From: Eledone cirrhosa
Taxonomy: Eukaryota
Reading direction: 5' to 3'
DNA length: 64,000 nt
NCBI GenBank assembly: GCA_964016885.1
Contig: OZ024743.1
Location: forward strand, 215,202,001-215,266,000
The notes under the pieces are model-generated. The model made no database searches and had not been told where the DNA came from. It saw only the letters and a list, made by a program, of their open reading frames with translations. Below, one piece after another: positions 27,463 through 41,489 of this stretch. Made by a program: the position numbers and the translations under genes. Every line of letters starts with the position of its first letter. The stretch's first letter is position 1.

Positions 27463-27463
27463 A

Positions 27464-27640
<177 letters not shown>

Positions 27641-28329
27641 AGTTATATATACATACAGCGAGACAGTCATATATATACATAGATAATTTAGATAAAGGGA
27701 AATTATGTTGAGTGGGAATGATATATTATACAATGACTTTCCTGCATTTTATATATGAGTTCATTTTTCTTTAATCGCCTGCGTTTCTTCCGATTTCCTT
27801 GTGTACTCTGTTGCGACAAACTTTCTATCTTTCACTATATTCTTTTATTGTTATTTTTCTAAATCTTTCTCATTGTAATTGTCTATCAATCTATTTCACT
27901 TTTGCCTTTATCTTACTTTATTTTTACCTTTGTCGATTTTACTTTTTTTCTCCATTCGCTCTTTATCGTGATAGCACCTTATAAATCGTTTATTTTTAGC
28001 ATGTACATTGAAATGTCTTCCGTTTTCTTTACTTGGTATTTATTCGGACTATTTACGTAACACTTTGTACGCTCTGCTGCTCTTTCTCCGTAAACCGCCC
28101 TTGGTAACCGAGATTGTTAGCTGAATAGAAACCTTTCTATTCTTAGCTGTCCGCAAACATCTATGGTCTGTTAATCTTGCACTGGACATGTTAGCTTTGA
28201 TATACATTATTTCCTCTGTGTTCTATATGCTTTTGTATTTTGCACTAGATTTTCTTCGCCTTCGACTAGATATACTAAATAAATAGTATGATATTGATGC
28301 ACATATGCGTGCGTTTCCATTTTTTATTG

Positions 28330-28550
28330 GAAGTAAGTGTATAATGAGATGGAATGTCGTTATATAAGAAACTCATTGAATATTCGTCGATTTAGTTCAA
28401 TTTGAAGAACGAAATTAAAGTTGTATTTTGGGGATTTCTCTTTCTACTTTCAACATTATTGTGGGTGAAGTGCTCGTTTTGACCATTTTCTAAATGGATA
28501 TCCAATTCTTGAACAGCTGGGTATCGCATGTGAATATTAAATACTTTCAA
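28330..28550 (-). mobile_element. Helitron RepHel coding fragment (degenerate)
   Basis: FNIHMRYPAVQELDIHLENGQ..FT...TTLISFFKLN*IDEYSMSFLYNDIPSHYT matches the conserved segment between the Rep and helicase domains of Helitrons. Confidence 0.7.
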
Positions 28551-28925
28551 ATGGATTGTAAGGTACAATCCACTTATTGTCAATTGTATGTTTTTGAGTT
28601 CCTTGTTATCGTTGCTGTTGTTCCTCCATCTTCTGGTTTTCTCTCTCTAGATAAGGGATATACTGTGACATCTGTCCTGGGATTGGCAGTATCTATCTAT
28701 CTACCTTACGATGGACACATGTGCTGAGCTCGCTCGGTAAGTTTTGTTTAAATTCATCCGGAAATTGTAAACTGTTATCTTTCATTTTTGTACCATTTTG
28801 TAGAGGGACTGCCAGGTCAAATTTTGATCTGGTTGGTCTCTCAAAATATTCTGCGCCTTTGGGCGAAATAGTATTGTAAACATTTTATCTTTTGGAAAAC
28901 TTCGAAAAACCCTATTTTGAGAAAA

Positions 28926-30776
28926 ATGGCTGAAGCATCTTCACCATCAATCAAAGAAGGAAAGGGGAAGTCATACTCACAGCTTCCCCCTGCCACTGTC
29001 ACAGCAGCAGATGCCAAAGGCAGAGGTCAGAGAGAGGAAGAATTGTCTTCACCTTTTGACCGACCACTAGATGTAGCCACAACTATACAAGCATTTGAAA
29101 ACAACAACAACAACAACGACAACAACAGCAACAATAATGACAACAAAAACAACAACAACACAAACGTCACAAGTATCCACACACAAAACGAGAAAGACAA
29201 CAACAACAACAAAGATGAAAACAACTCAAACGACGAGAAACAAAACAATACTAAAATCCAAAGCGAAAACAAAATATCTTTTGCACAAACGGCTAAATTA
29301 TCAGTCGCGTATGTGCTGGAAGACATTTCAAAAGCAAAAGAAATGCTGGAAAAAGCCAAGAAATATGTATCTTTTGGCGAAAACGGTTCGTTTTCTATAC
29401 ATTCACCTCCAGAACTAAAAAAACAGACGGAATTACGAACTGTCGTATTCCGAACAATTTTAAATAAAACAAAAAAACCATCACAACCATCTCAAGCTGA
29501 AACTCAGTTAGTATTGAAAGAAGCAATGAGAGACATCACTTTTATACAAAAGGATAAACTCTATGGGAGTTTATCCATATTGATGAAAGACGAATTGGCG
29601 GCGAAAAAATACTCTGTGTCGCCAATTCGGTCCACACACTACGCCGTCTTCCCCACCTACATGGGTAAAAAAACCCAGAGGATATGGATAACCACCATCA
29701 CCCCAAACATAAACTACTGGTGGTTACTAACCGGTTTCCTCAATTTAGACGAGGACAACCTCATTTCAATAGGGAAGGCATCCGGCGACGCGTTCAGTGC
29801 AACGAGCATCGAAGTTATGACCCAAATAAGGCCAGAACGCATCGCCCAAATCCCTGACCGTGTCATGCTGGATGACCGTACCCACCTCAACATTATTGTG
29901 GAGGGTAGGCGTCCCTCCTGTTACCTCCTCTGTGGTAATAGAGGTCACCTGAGGGCTACCTGTCCCCAGCTCACACAGAAAAAAACACTGCTACCAACAC
30001 CAACACCACCCCAACAACAACAACAAAAACAACCACAACAACAACAACAGAAACCAACAACCCCACCACCACAACAACAACAACAACAACAAACACGTGA
30101 AAAAATAACACAGAATACTGTCCCACCCAATCCCTCCCCACCCAAAACAAATACAAAAACACACACACCGCAAACACTACCAGAAAACATACCCCTCCCA
30201 CCCAACAAGGAAGACGAACCCCTTTCGTCGCAAGACGAAAAAGATCCCTTCCAACAAGTAAAAAGAAAGAAGAGGAGACGCACCACAGACACACGTTAAC
30301 TTTAACCCCCCCCCCCCTCCAAGAGAACACAAACTACACACAAACCACCCCTCCCTGTCACACAACACTAACTGCTACACAAAAAAAGACCTTACAATAT
30401 ACATACATGAACACAGACAACAAATAATTACGGAAAACAATTTCAGCAAACCCTTCGGTCCAAACTGAAGGGCCTAACTTTATAACTGCTGTGGGACTAC
30501 CTCATTTAAAAATGATAAAATCCCAATGCACTTGTACAAAACACTGAAAATAAATTTCACGGAGGACGTGGGCCCCCCTGCGCCAAACCAATCAACCGGG
30601 TCCTCCTAAAAAATGTCACCCCCCACCCCACCCAGACACCCACTCAACCACAAACACCCCAACCCCACAACACACCGATGCCCCTTCACTTCCACAAACC
30701 ACCACCCCACCCAACAACCCATCCCCAACCAGCATGGAAATTGAGCGGCCCGTTTCCCGGGACGCAGAGAGGTAAG
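28926..30776 (+). pseudogene. LINE ORF1 (gag-like, CCHC knuckle), open to 30299 then disrupted
   Basis: MAEASS...VEGRRPSCYLLCGNRGHLRATCP and a Pro/Gln-rich tail; probable original stop at GAGAGGTAA (~30775), just before ORF2. Confidence 0.75.
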
Positions 30777-30799
30777 TGCCTGTTCTCCTTACCACCAAC

Positions 30800-33700
30800 A
30801 TGGCTGTGCTAAGAGTAGGGTGTCTAAATGCGCGTGGCCTGGGCTCGTCTTGGAAGCAAGAAATGCTTCTAAATGACCTCAGGTCACAATCTATAAATAT
30901 GATGGTTATCTGTGAGGCCCGGATCAGCAGCATGCGGCAGCTAGCCCCCACCTATGACGACTTTGAGATGCACGCATCTCTCTGTCAGCCCGGAGGTGGG
31001 GGTGGGGTTGTCTTTCTGCTGCAAAAACATATGGGCCTTGCAACACAGATAGTTCACTTGGACCCAGGGGGTCGACTGGTGGTGCTGGACCTTGGCAGTG
31101 GTGAAGGTAGAGCCTTTAGGCTGGTAGCCGCATATGCCCCTTTTGGGACAGAGCGGCCCGACTTTTTCCAGCGCCTGGAGTCTTTTCTAGGGACGTCCCG
31201 TTCCCTGCTCTTAGTGGGGGATTGGAATGGTATCATGGATGCACGTTGGGACTATGCAGGGGCATGTCCCGATAGAGAGGGGTGCAACAGCCTCAAGGGG
31301 TTACTCGGCCGATTTGACCTGGCCGATAGATTTCGACTAGATTTTCCGACGGTACCAACCTGGTCTTGGTCAAATCGCAGCGGGTCATCTAGGTCGTACC
31401 TAGATATATTTTTAGTTAGAAATAAGGACAGGGACTTTTTAAGTTGTCCAGAAATGCTCATGGTTGGCTACTCAGACCACAAGTTGGTGACCTGCATGGT
31501 CAACCTTGATAGAACGCATAGACAGGGCCCCGGTTACTGGAAGCTCAACTTGTCCTTGCCGGCAAGTAGAGCCTATAGGGATCGGATTAGTACGTTAGTT
31601 AAGGAACGGTTGACTGGAGCGATCGTCAACAGCAGGTGGTGTGTATCTCTAAGATTAGGTTAGTCTCGATAGAATTTAGTAAGGTTCTAGCTGCGAATAG
31701 GAAGGAAAGGGAGCTAATAGATAGATAGATAGAGTAGAAGATGCAATTAGAAGCGGAGACGTGGCCAGAGTGCTAGCGTCGAGAACGGCTTTGAGCCAGT
31801 TTTTCGACGCGAAGCACGAAGGCTGCGTTGTCCGAAGTAAAATACGTGCTCTAGGGAAGGAGGGGACCAAAGCTGTGAGCTGGGCTCGCGTGACAGAGGC
31901 CAACAGTGGAACTAAATCCACCATCCGGTCTTTGCGAGACCTGGATGGACGGGCGATTCTTGAGCCTAAGCAGATGTGTGAGGCCTTTCAAAGACAATTT
32001 GCCCGACTGCTCGGAAGGGGCGGGGAGCCGGTTGGGAATGTGGACTTCGGTCCATACCTCGACGGCCTGCCGCGTCTCTCGGACAGGGAGGCGAAGTCCT
32101 GCGAGGAGCCGATTTCAGCCGCTGAGATAGAGGACGTGCTGGGCCAATGCGGCAAACGCAAATCCCCGGGTCTCGATGGTCTTCCTTACGAATTATATCT
32201 AGCTATGCCGGACTTGTTCCCCGATCTCCTCGGGGCGGTCTACTGCAACTGGCAACAGAACGGGAGAATTCCCTGTAGTGTGACCAAGGGCGTAGTCACG
32301 CTAGTGAGGAAGGACGAGAACAAGGGGGACGAAATAAGTAACTTCAGGCCCATAACTCTGCTAAATACATAGTTACAGATTTTGGCCAAGGTGCTAGCAA
32401 AGAGGTTGGCGCTTGTCGTGGGCAACCTGGTGAGAGATGCGCAGACATGCGCTATCCCGTCCAAGTCCATCCATGACAACCTCCACCTCATGCGATACAT
32501 CATAGAGAGGGTTGGGAACGAACCCGGCTTTGGTGGGGCTCTGATCAACTTGGATCAATCTAAGGCGTTCGATAGGGTCGACCATGGTCACCTGGATGCG
32601 GTGCTAGTGGCGGCAGGTTTCGGACCCGTGTTCAGGGGCTGTATCACTGCTATGCACAGCAGCCGCATCTGCTCTAGGGTCAAGGTGAACGGCTACCTCT
32701 CGGAGCCGTTCGAAATCGCGCGGTCCATCCGACAAGGGTGCCCTCTCCTCCCTTCTGTATGTGTTGACTCTCGAGCCACTATTGCGGAAGTTGGAGTTGT
32801 TGCAGGGCATCCCTTTGGAACCGGAATTGCGGAAAACGGTGTCGGCCTACGCTGATGACGTGACAGTAATGCTGTCGACGGCCTCCGAAATCGAGGCGGT
32901 CGGCACCTTACTGGAGGAGTACGAAAGGTTCACAGGCGCTAAGCTGAACCGGGACAAGTCGATCGGTTTGCAACTCGGCACGTGGAGGGGCAGACCGATG
33001 CCCTCCGATGGCGTCGTCGGACGCTGGACGGAGGGCCCGGTGAAGTTCCTCGGGGTTTGGTTCGGACCGGACCTCCAGGTGGAGAAGAACTGGGCGGAGG
33101 TTACGAACAGGGTGTTTGCACTGACCCAGAAGTGAGCCAGTTGCAAACTATCCCTGAAAGGTCGGGCGGAGGTGGCGAACACCTATATAGCGTCCGTCAT
33201 CTACTACCGCTTGACCGTAGTGCCCTGCCCAAGGGAAACCCTCACCAAGATGGACCGCGCGCTCTTCCAATTCCTTTGGAAGAGGCGGGCGCCTATGGTG
33301 AGGAGATCCATCTGCTGTCAACACCCTTCGAAAGGAGGGCTGGCGATGCCGTGGCTAATGATGCGTAAACACGCATTAAGGCTACGGCACCTCTACGTAT
33401 TCCTCACCGGTCAACCGGTGTGGGCCTCGTTTGTGAGACGAACCTTTCCCTGACTCGTTTCACTCACAGAGCTGCAATCCTGGGTCAAGCAAAGACCGAG
33501 AAAACTGGGTGCCTGGCACACTGAGTGTGCCCAGGCGCTCACCGCCCTCTAGCAGGCGGATCCGGTTATTAGTGGAGACTCCACCGCAACATTCTATAGA
33601 GGGCTGGTACGCAGCAGGTGCGACGATGCCCTCGGAGAAGCCCTAGACATGGATGAGGATGAACTGGCCAGCCTGTTCGGTAGGACATTCAGCCCGGGAC

Positions 33701-34230
33701 CTATGGACAACTTCCAGAAGTCCCTGGCCTGGCAGTGCTACCGAGGGGCTCTTCCCGTCCGAGAAAAGCTCTACAGACACGGGCGCCCGGGTAGGGACCC
33801 CGCCAAAAAGATCTGTCCCAGATGCGTGTGCGACGAGGAAACCGTTGCACACGCATTGGTACACTGCTCGGGCGTAGCCGATCTGTGGGGCTATGTCGAA
33901 CAACTGCTGTCAAGGGTGGGACCCATCCGGTTGACCACCGAGTCTATTGTAATGATCAAGCCGCCTCCCCCCTTCAAAGATGAAGGAGACTCGGTGTTTC
34001 TGTGCGTAATAGCCATGGTGAAAGAAGTTGTATGGTGGACGCGTCTGAAAGGACTGAGGTCAGGCACCTTTCTCTCTGGCCAACAACTGGTCCGTTTCTT
34101 CCGATATCATTTCGGAAGAAGGATCAGGATGGAGAGAGAGGTGCTCTACCCCAGTCGTTTTTATGAAAGGTGGGTGAAAGTGGCGAGAATGGCCCGTGTG
34201 AATGGGCCTTCTCTTTACATAAGCCTGTAG
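30800..34230 (+). pseudogene. LINE ORF2 (apurinic endonuclease + reverse transcriptase)
   Basis: LNARGL, YAP, VGDWN, YLD, SDH, GYWKLN, SPGLDGLP, FRPITLLN, LDQSKAFDRV, SIRQGCP, AYADD, CPRC...ETVAHALVHC; several stops and frameshifts. Confidence 0.92.
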
Positions 34231-34529
34231 GTGGAAAAGAGGAAGGAACGAGGGAGGACCCCCTCTCTGTGCTCCTGAGGAAAAGGGTTGCACACTTTTT
34301 TCGGGGGTGTGTGCGACCCCCCAAGGCGCCTCCTCTCTATTGAGGATTTTGTTATAAATTTTATTTTTTGTTATATTTTATTTTATTTTTATACATTGTT
34401 ATTGCCTCCTCCTTATTGAGGACGCCTTTTTGTGTAAACTCCCCCCTTTGTACTTGTCCCACTTTTGATGCCCTGGTGGCAAATAAAAGAAACATATCTA
34501 TATATATATACATATATATATATAGCTTT

Positions 34530-36352
34530 ACATGGTTGCCTATTCAGATCACAACTAGTCACCTGCATCGTCAACCATGATAGACCTCATAGACTGGTAC
34601 CCGGATACTAGAAGCTGAACATGTCGTTAACGACGCGTAAAGCCTACAGTAGATGAATAAGTAGTTTAGTTAAGCGCCAGATGACAGGAGCCATCGTCAG
34701 CAATAGGTGATGGTGCTCTCTCAAGAGAGCAATTAGAGTAGAGTCCATAGCTTTTAGCAAAGGACTAGCTTTTGAGAAAGAATAAACAGAGAGAGAACTG
34801 GTAGCCAAGGTAGATGAGGCGCTTAGGAGTGGCAACGCAGCTAACGGGCTAGCAACGATAACGGCACTGGACCAGTTCTTCGATGCGATACACGAAGGCT
34901 GCGTTGTCAAGAGTAGATCACGTGCTCTAGCAAAAGCTGTTAGCTGGGCCCGAGTGGCAGAAGCGAAAAGTGGCAACAAGTTTACGATTCGGTATTTGAA
35001 AGACCAAAAACGTCGCGTGCTACTTCATTCCAAGAAGATGTGCACGGCCTTTCAGCGGCACTTCGCGCAACTGTTCGAGCAGAGCGATGTGCCGAACAGG
35101 CAATAGATTTCGCTTCATACTTCGACGGCCTGCCGTGACTCTCGAGCATGGACGTCAAGTTCTGCGAAAGACCGATCACAGCCGCTGAGATACGGGACGC
35201 TCTAGGCCGCTGCGGGAATCGCAAATCACCCTGTCTAGATTGTCTACCCTATGAGTTTTACATAGGCATTCCGGACTTATACTCTTGCGTGCTCGAAACC
35301 GTGTACTGCAACTGCCAGCAGCACGGGATAATTCCCAGTTCTGTAGGCAGGGGTATAGTAACGCTGATCAGGAAAGACGAGAACAAGGGGGACGAACTAA
35401 TCAACTTTAGGCCCATAACACTCATAAACACAGAGTTATAGATTTTGGCCAAGGTATTAGCAACGAGGCTGGCGCTTGTCGTCGAGAACCTGGCGGGAAA
35501 AGCCCAAACATGTAGAATTCCAACCAGGTCCATACACGGCAACCTCCACCTAATGCGATACATCATAGAGAGGGTCAGGTGTAAACCCAGTTTCGATGGG
35601 GCTCTGATCAATTTAGATCAGTCTAAGGGGTTTGATAGGGTCGATCATGGATACTTGGAAGCAGTTCTCAAGGCGGCCGGTTTCGGACCCGTCTTCAGAG
35701 GCTGGATCACAGCCATGCATACCAACATCTGCTCGACAGTCAAGGTGAACGACTACCTATCGGAGCCGTTCCGTATCACGCGTTCCATCCGACAGGGATG
35801 CTCTCTCTCCTCTATTCTGTACGTGTTGACTCTCGAGCCACTACTGCAGAAGTTGCAGCTTTTTACAGGGCATCCCTTTGAAAGCGCGACTGCGAAAAGC
35901 GGCGTCGGCGCATGCCGACAACGTCACAGTAATGGTGTCGGAAACCATGAAAATCGTGTCGTTCGGCACCTTACTTAAGGAATACGAAAAACTTACAGGA
36001 GCAAAACTCAACCGGGACAACTCGGAACGTGGAGAGGCAAACCGATGAAGTCCAACAGCGTCGTCGGACGCTGGACGGAAGGACCGGTGAAATTGCTCGG
36101 GGTCTGGTTCTCAGGTGGAGAAAAACTGAAACGGTCAAGATATCTGCGCTCAGCAAGATGTAGGCAGAGTGCAAACTATCCATGAAAGGTCGAGCGGAGG
36201 TGGCGAACAGTTTTATAGCGTTCTACCTCTACTACCGCTTAACCGCCCTGCCTTGTCCCCGTGAATATCTCACCAAAATGGAACACATGCTCTTCCAATT
36301 CCGTTGGAAGAAGCAGGCGTTCTTGTTGACGAGCTCCGTCTGCTGCCAGCAT
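34530..36352 (+). mobile_element. Older Tx1/L1-clade LINE fragment (ORF2 internal)
   Basis: SPCLDCLPYE, FRPITLINTEL, LDQSKGFDRVDH, SIRQGC; more diverged from the flanking copies. Confidence 0.85.
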
Positions 36353-36384
36353 TGTATTAATTCGGAAATAAAGACTCTACGGTA

Positions 36385-39300
36385 GTCTATCTATCCGAAT
36401 GAAAGATAAATTGACGGTCGAAAGACATTCCCTGGCCCCAATTGTGTTTACCTTCTTCCCCACTTATTCGGGAAGAAAAACACAAAGATTGACCATACAG
36501 AGTATCGATCCAGATATTGATTTCTGGGCAGATATTGATTTCTGTGCCTCCTCGACTTGAAAGAGGACGCAGTAATTTCGGTAGGTAAGTCTTCCAGCAA
36601 CGAGTTCGGTGGAACTAACCTGCAAGTTCAGGTGCAAATGCAGCCAGAACGAATTGCTAGGATCCCCGACCGCATATTGTTGGATGGGCCTGCCTACTTA
36701 CACATCACATTGGAGGGTAGACAACCCGCTTGTTACATCTGTGGTGGCAGAGGTCACCTGCGAGCTGCCTGTTCCCAAGCAAACAAAAAAACACCGATTT
36801 TGCCCACACCAACAACTACAACACTAACAACACAACCTCCACCACCACCACCACCACCACAAAAAAACTAACACCACAAGTTAAAACACAAATGACCCCC
36901 CCCCCCCACACACACAGAAAACAAATACAATAACATCCACACCACAAACACGAGCCGAAAATGAACCCCTCCCTCGAATACGGAAGACGAACCCTTTCTT
37001 CGTCAGACGAGGGGGGTGGGAACACTGTCATAAAGTTAAAAGAAAAAAAAGAAAACACACCACAGGAACACAAATACAAACAACACATCCCCAAGCCATA
37101 ACACAGACATCAAAACAAGAAAAACACACACAACAGCAAACATAAAACATCACGCAAAAAGAAAAATTTGCATATACCTACATAAATACAATAAAAAAAA
37201 AAACTGTTAAACATTATGGCAGTATCGGTAGAGAGTCAGACGCCATGCTTTCCAGCATAGTTACGTCCCTCTATGGTCTGAGTTCAAATCACACCGAGGT
37301 TAACTTTGCCTTTCATCCTTACGGGGTCGATAAAATAAAGTACCAGTAATGCACTGGGTAATTACTGGCCTTGTGCCAAAAGTAGAAACAATTATTTATA
37401 ATAAAAAGTTAATAATAACCGAAGGTTCGAATTTCGCACAAGCAACGGGGCTTCCCATCTATAAATGATAAAAGCCCCAATGGACATTTACAAAACGTTA
37501 AAAGACACTTTTATAGAGGACGTCCCCCGCCCCCGCCCCCGCGTCAGACCCATTAACCGTGTCCTCCTAAAAATACCCCCCCAAGACACCCAAACAACTC
37601 CAAACACCCCAACCCCACCACACATTGATGCGCTGTACACTTTTACAAACCACCACCCCACCCAACAACCCATACCCCATCCCCATGGAAATTGTCCGGT
37701 CCGGTCCCCGGGACGCAGAGAGGTAAGTGCCTTTTCTCTTCACCGCCATCATGGCTATGCTAAGAGTAGGCTGTCTAAATGCGCGTGGCCTGGGCTCACC
37801 TTGGAAGCAAGCAATGCTTCTAAATGACCTCAGGTCACGGTGTATAAATGTGATGGTTATTTGCGTGCGACAGCTGGCCACCATCTTTGAAAACTTTGAG
37901 ATACACGCATCTCTCAGTCAGCCCGGAGGTGGGGGTGAGGATGTCGTTCTGGTGCAAAAACATCTGTGTCTCGCTACACAGATGGTACACTTGGACCGTC
38001 TGTGTACCGTCTATTCTGGACATTGGCAGTGGTGAAGGCGGAGCTTTTAGGCTGGTCGCCGTCTAAGGCCCGTTTGGGTCAACGCGGCCGTACGTCTTCC
38101 ATCGTCTGGAGACTTTTCTAGGGACTCCCGCTCCTTGCTATTAGTGGGGGACTGGAATGGTATCCTAGATGAACGTTGGGACTACGTAGGGGCATATCCT
38201 GATAGAGGGGGTTGTAACAGCCTCAAGGGGTTAATCGGCCGAATCGACCTGGCCGATAGATATCGGCTAGATTTTCCCACTGTATCAACCTGGACTTGTA
38301 GAAACCACAGCGGTCAATCTAGATCGTACCTAGATAGGTTCTTAGTTAGAAATAAGGATAGGGACTTTTTAAGTTGTCTAAAAATGCTGATGGTTGGCTA
38401 TTCAGACCACAAGTTAGTTACCTCCATGGTCAACCTTGATAGAACGCATAGACAGCGACCCGGTTACTGGAAGCTCAACTTGTCCTTACCGGCAAGTAAG
38501 GCTTACAGGGACCGGATTAGCACTTTAGTTCAGGAGCGGTTGACGGGCGCCATCGTCAACAGCAGGTGGTGGGAATCTCTCAAAAGAGAGATTAGAATAG
38601 TCTGTATAGAATTTACTAAGGAGTTAGCCTCAAATAGAAATAGTAAGGAAAGGGAGTTGGTAGATAGTGTAGATGAGGCAATTAGAAGCGGCGACGTGGC
38701 CAGAGTACTAGCGTCGAGAACGGTCCTGGGCCAGTTCTTCGACGCGAAACACGAAGTCTGCATCGTCCGAAGCAAAATACGTGCACTGGGAAACGAGGGG
38801 ACTAAGGCTGATAGCTGGGCCGCGTGACAGAAGCCAAATGAGGGAGTAGATCCACTATCCGGTCTTTGCGAGACCAGGATGGACGGGTCATCCTTGAACC
38901 TAAGCAGATGTGCGAGGTTTTTCAAAAGCACTTTGCCAGATTGTTCGGAAGGGGCGAGGAGCCTGTTGGGCAAGTTGACTTCGTTCCATACCTTGACGGC
39001 CTTCCGCGTCTCTCGGACTAGGAGGCGAAGTCCTGCGAGGAGCCGATTTCAGCCGCTGAGATAGAGGACGTGCTCAGCCAATGCGGGAAACGCAAATCCC
39101 CGGGTTACGATGGTCTTCCATACGAACTATATCTAGCCATGCCGGACTTGTTCCCCGATCTCCTCTAGGCGGTCTACTGCAACTGGAAACAGAACGGGAG
39201 AATTCCCTGTTCTGTGACCAAGGGCGTAGTCACGCTAGTGAGGAAGGACGAGAACAAGGAGGACGATATAAATAATTTCAGGCCCATTACTCTGCTAAAT

Positions 39301-40985
39301 ACAGAGTTACAGATTTTGGCCAAGGTGCTAGCAAAGAGGTTGGCGCTTGTCGTGGGCAACCTGGTGGGAGATGCTCAGACATGTGCTATCCCGTCCAGGT
39401 CCATCCACGATAACGTCCACATCATGCGATACATCATAGAGTGGGTTGGGAACGAACCCGGCTTTGGTGGGGCCCTGATCAACTTGGATCAATCCAAGGC
39501 GTTCGATAGGGTCAAACCATGTTTACCTGGATGCGGTGCTAGTGGCGGCAGACTTCGCACCCGTTTTCAGGGGCTGGATCAATGCCATGCACAGCAGCCG
39601 CATCTGCTCTAGGGTCAAGGTGAACGGCTACCTCTCGGAGCCGTTTGAAATCGCGCGATCCATCCGACAACGGTGCCCTCTCTCCTCCCTTCTGTATGTA
39701 GTGACTCTAGAGCCACTGCTGCGGAAGTTGGAGTTGTTGCAGGGCATCCCTTTGGCATCGGGATTGCGGAATGCGGTGTCGGCCTACGCCGATGACGTAA
39801 CAGTAATGGTGTCGACGGCCTCGGATATCGGGGCGATCGGCACCTTACTGGAGGAGTACGAAAGGTTTACAGGGGCTAAGCTGAACCGGGACAAGTCGAT
39901 CGGTCTGCAACTCGGCACGTGGAGGGCTAAATCGATGCCTTCCGATGGCCTCGTCGGGCGCTGGACGGAGGGCCCGGTGAAGTTGCTCGGGGTCTCGTTG
40001 CGACCTCCAGGTGGAGAATAACTGGGGTGAGGTAACGAACAGGGTGTTTGCACTGACTCAGAAGTGGGCCGAGTGCAAACTGTCCATGAAAGGTCGGGCG
40101 GAGGTGGCGAACACTTATATAGCGTCAGCCTTGCACTACCGCATGAGCGTCGTGCCTTGCCCAAGGGAAACGCTCGCCAAAATGGAGCGCGCACTCTTCC
40201 AATTGCTGGCAATGCTACCGAGGGGCTCTGCCCGTTCGAGAAAGACTCTACAGACACGGCGCCCGGGTAGGGACTCCTCGAAATAGATCTGTCCCAGATG
40301 CGTGTGCGACGAGGAAACCGTTGCACACGCATTGGTACACTGCTCGGGCATTGCCGATCTGTGGGGCTATGTCGAACAACTGCTGTCAAGGGTGGGACCG
40401 ATCCGGTTGACCACCGAGTCTATTGTAACGATCTAGCCGCCTCCCCTCTTCAAAAACGAAGGAGAAGCGGTGTTTCTGTGCGTAATAGCCATGGCGAAAG
40501 AGGTTGTATGGTGGACGCGTCTGAAAGGACTGAGGTCAGACACCTTTCTCTCTGGCCAACAACTGGACCGTTTCTTCCGATATCATTTCGGAAGAAGGAT
40601 CAGGATGGAGAGAGAGGTGCTGCACCCCAGCCGTTTTTATGAAAGATGGGTGAAAGTGGCGAGAATGGCCCGTGTGAATGGGCCTTCACTCTACATCAGA
40701 CTATAGGTGAGGAAGATGAAAGATCAAGGGAGCAGCCCCTCTCTGTGCTCCTGAGGAGAAGGTTTGCACACTTTTTTTCGGGGGTGCGTGCGACCCCCCC
40801 CCCCCCCCCCAAAGGCGCCTCCTCCCTATTGAGGAATTTTGTTATTAAATTTATTTTTGTTATATTTTATTTTATTTTTATATCTTGTTATTGCCTCCTC
40901 CTTATTGAGGACCCCTTTTTATGTAAACTCCCATCATTGTACTTGTCCCACTTTTTAATGCCCTGGTGGCAAATGAAAAGAAAGT
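36385..40985 (+). mobile_element. Third Tx1/L1-clade LINE copy, 5'-truncated in ORF1, with a SINE insertion and an internal deletion
   Basis: ORF1 knuckle EGRQPACYICGGRGHLRAAC; ORF2 from ATG ~37751 to 40706; about 455 nt missing near 40205 relative to copy 1; same 3' UTR followed by (TCTA)n. Confidence 0.88.
37217..37393 (+). mobile_element. SINE inserted in LINE ORF1
   Basis: tggcagtatcggtagag...ctgagttcaaatc...gtagaaacaatt. Confidence 0.9.
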
Positions 40986-41489
40986 TATCAATCTATCTAC
41001 CTACCTATCTATCTATCTACATATTTATCTAGATACCTACCTACCTATGTATCTATCTCAAAAATATTATCGAGCGTGTATATTATGACTTCACAGATCC
41101 TACTCCTACTCTCACAGTTGTGACCGTCGAATCTACCTTCCCTTATAAATCATTTCACTGTAGAATATGTGCCACATAGTTTAAAGTGTAACAGTAGTTT
41201 ATCATGTTTTCTTTAGACGAAAGAAACAAAAAATTCCTCTATCGTTAATGCAATAATGCAAATCTTACAGCCTTTAACTGTCTAAAATACATTTAGCGTA
41301 CATAATTTCACAGCAGAAACATCCAGTAAAGTTACCAGTGAATTATGTTTTTAAAAATCAACATGTTATTGAAGAAAAACCTTAATGGCTTCAATTATGT
41401 TTTGGAGACTAATTTCGATTTAACATGAAGTAAAATATTCAGAAAGAAACCAGCAACTTGAAAACGTTCGTATATATATATATATATAC

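Larger units (their letters stand above)
28575..34497 (+). mobile_element. Tx1/L1-clade non-LTR retrotransposon, near full length, degenerate
   Basis: ORF1 with zinc knuckle; ORF2 with APE + RT + C-terminal Cys/His motif; 3' end GGCAAATAAAAGAAA followed by (TA)n. The 5' boundary is approximate. Confidence 0.88.

Noticed and set aside
30768-30780. AG|GTAAGT splice-donor-like site before LINE ORF2 (also ~37721)
   Set aside because: Adequately explained as the ORF1 stop codon context; no acceptor or transcript evidence.
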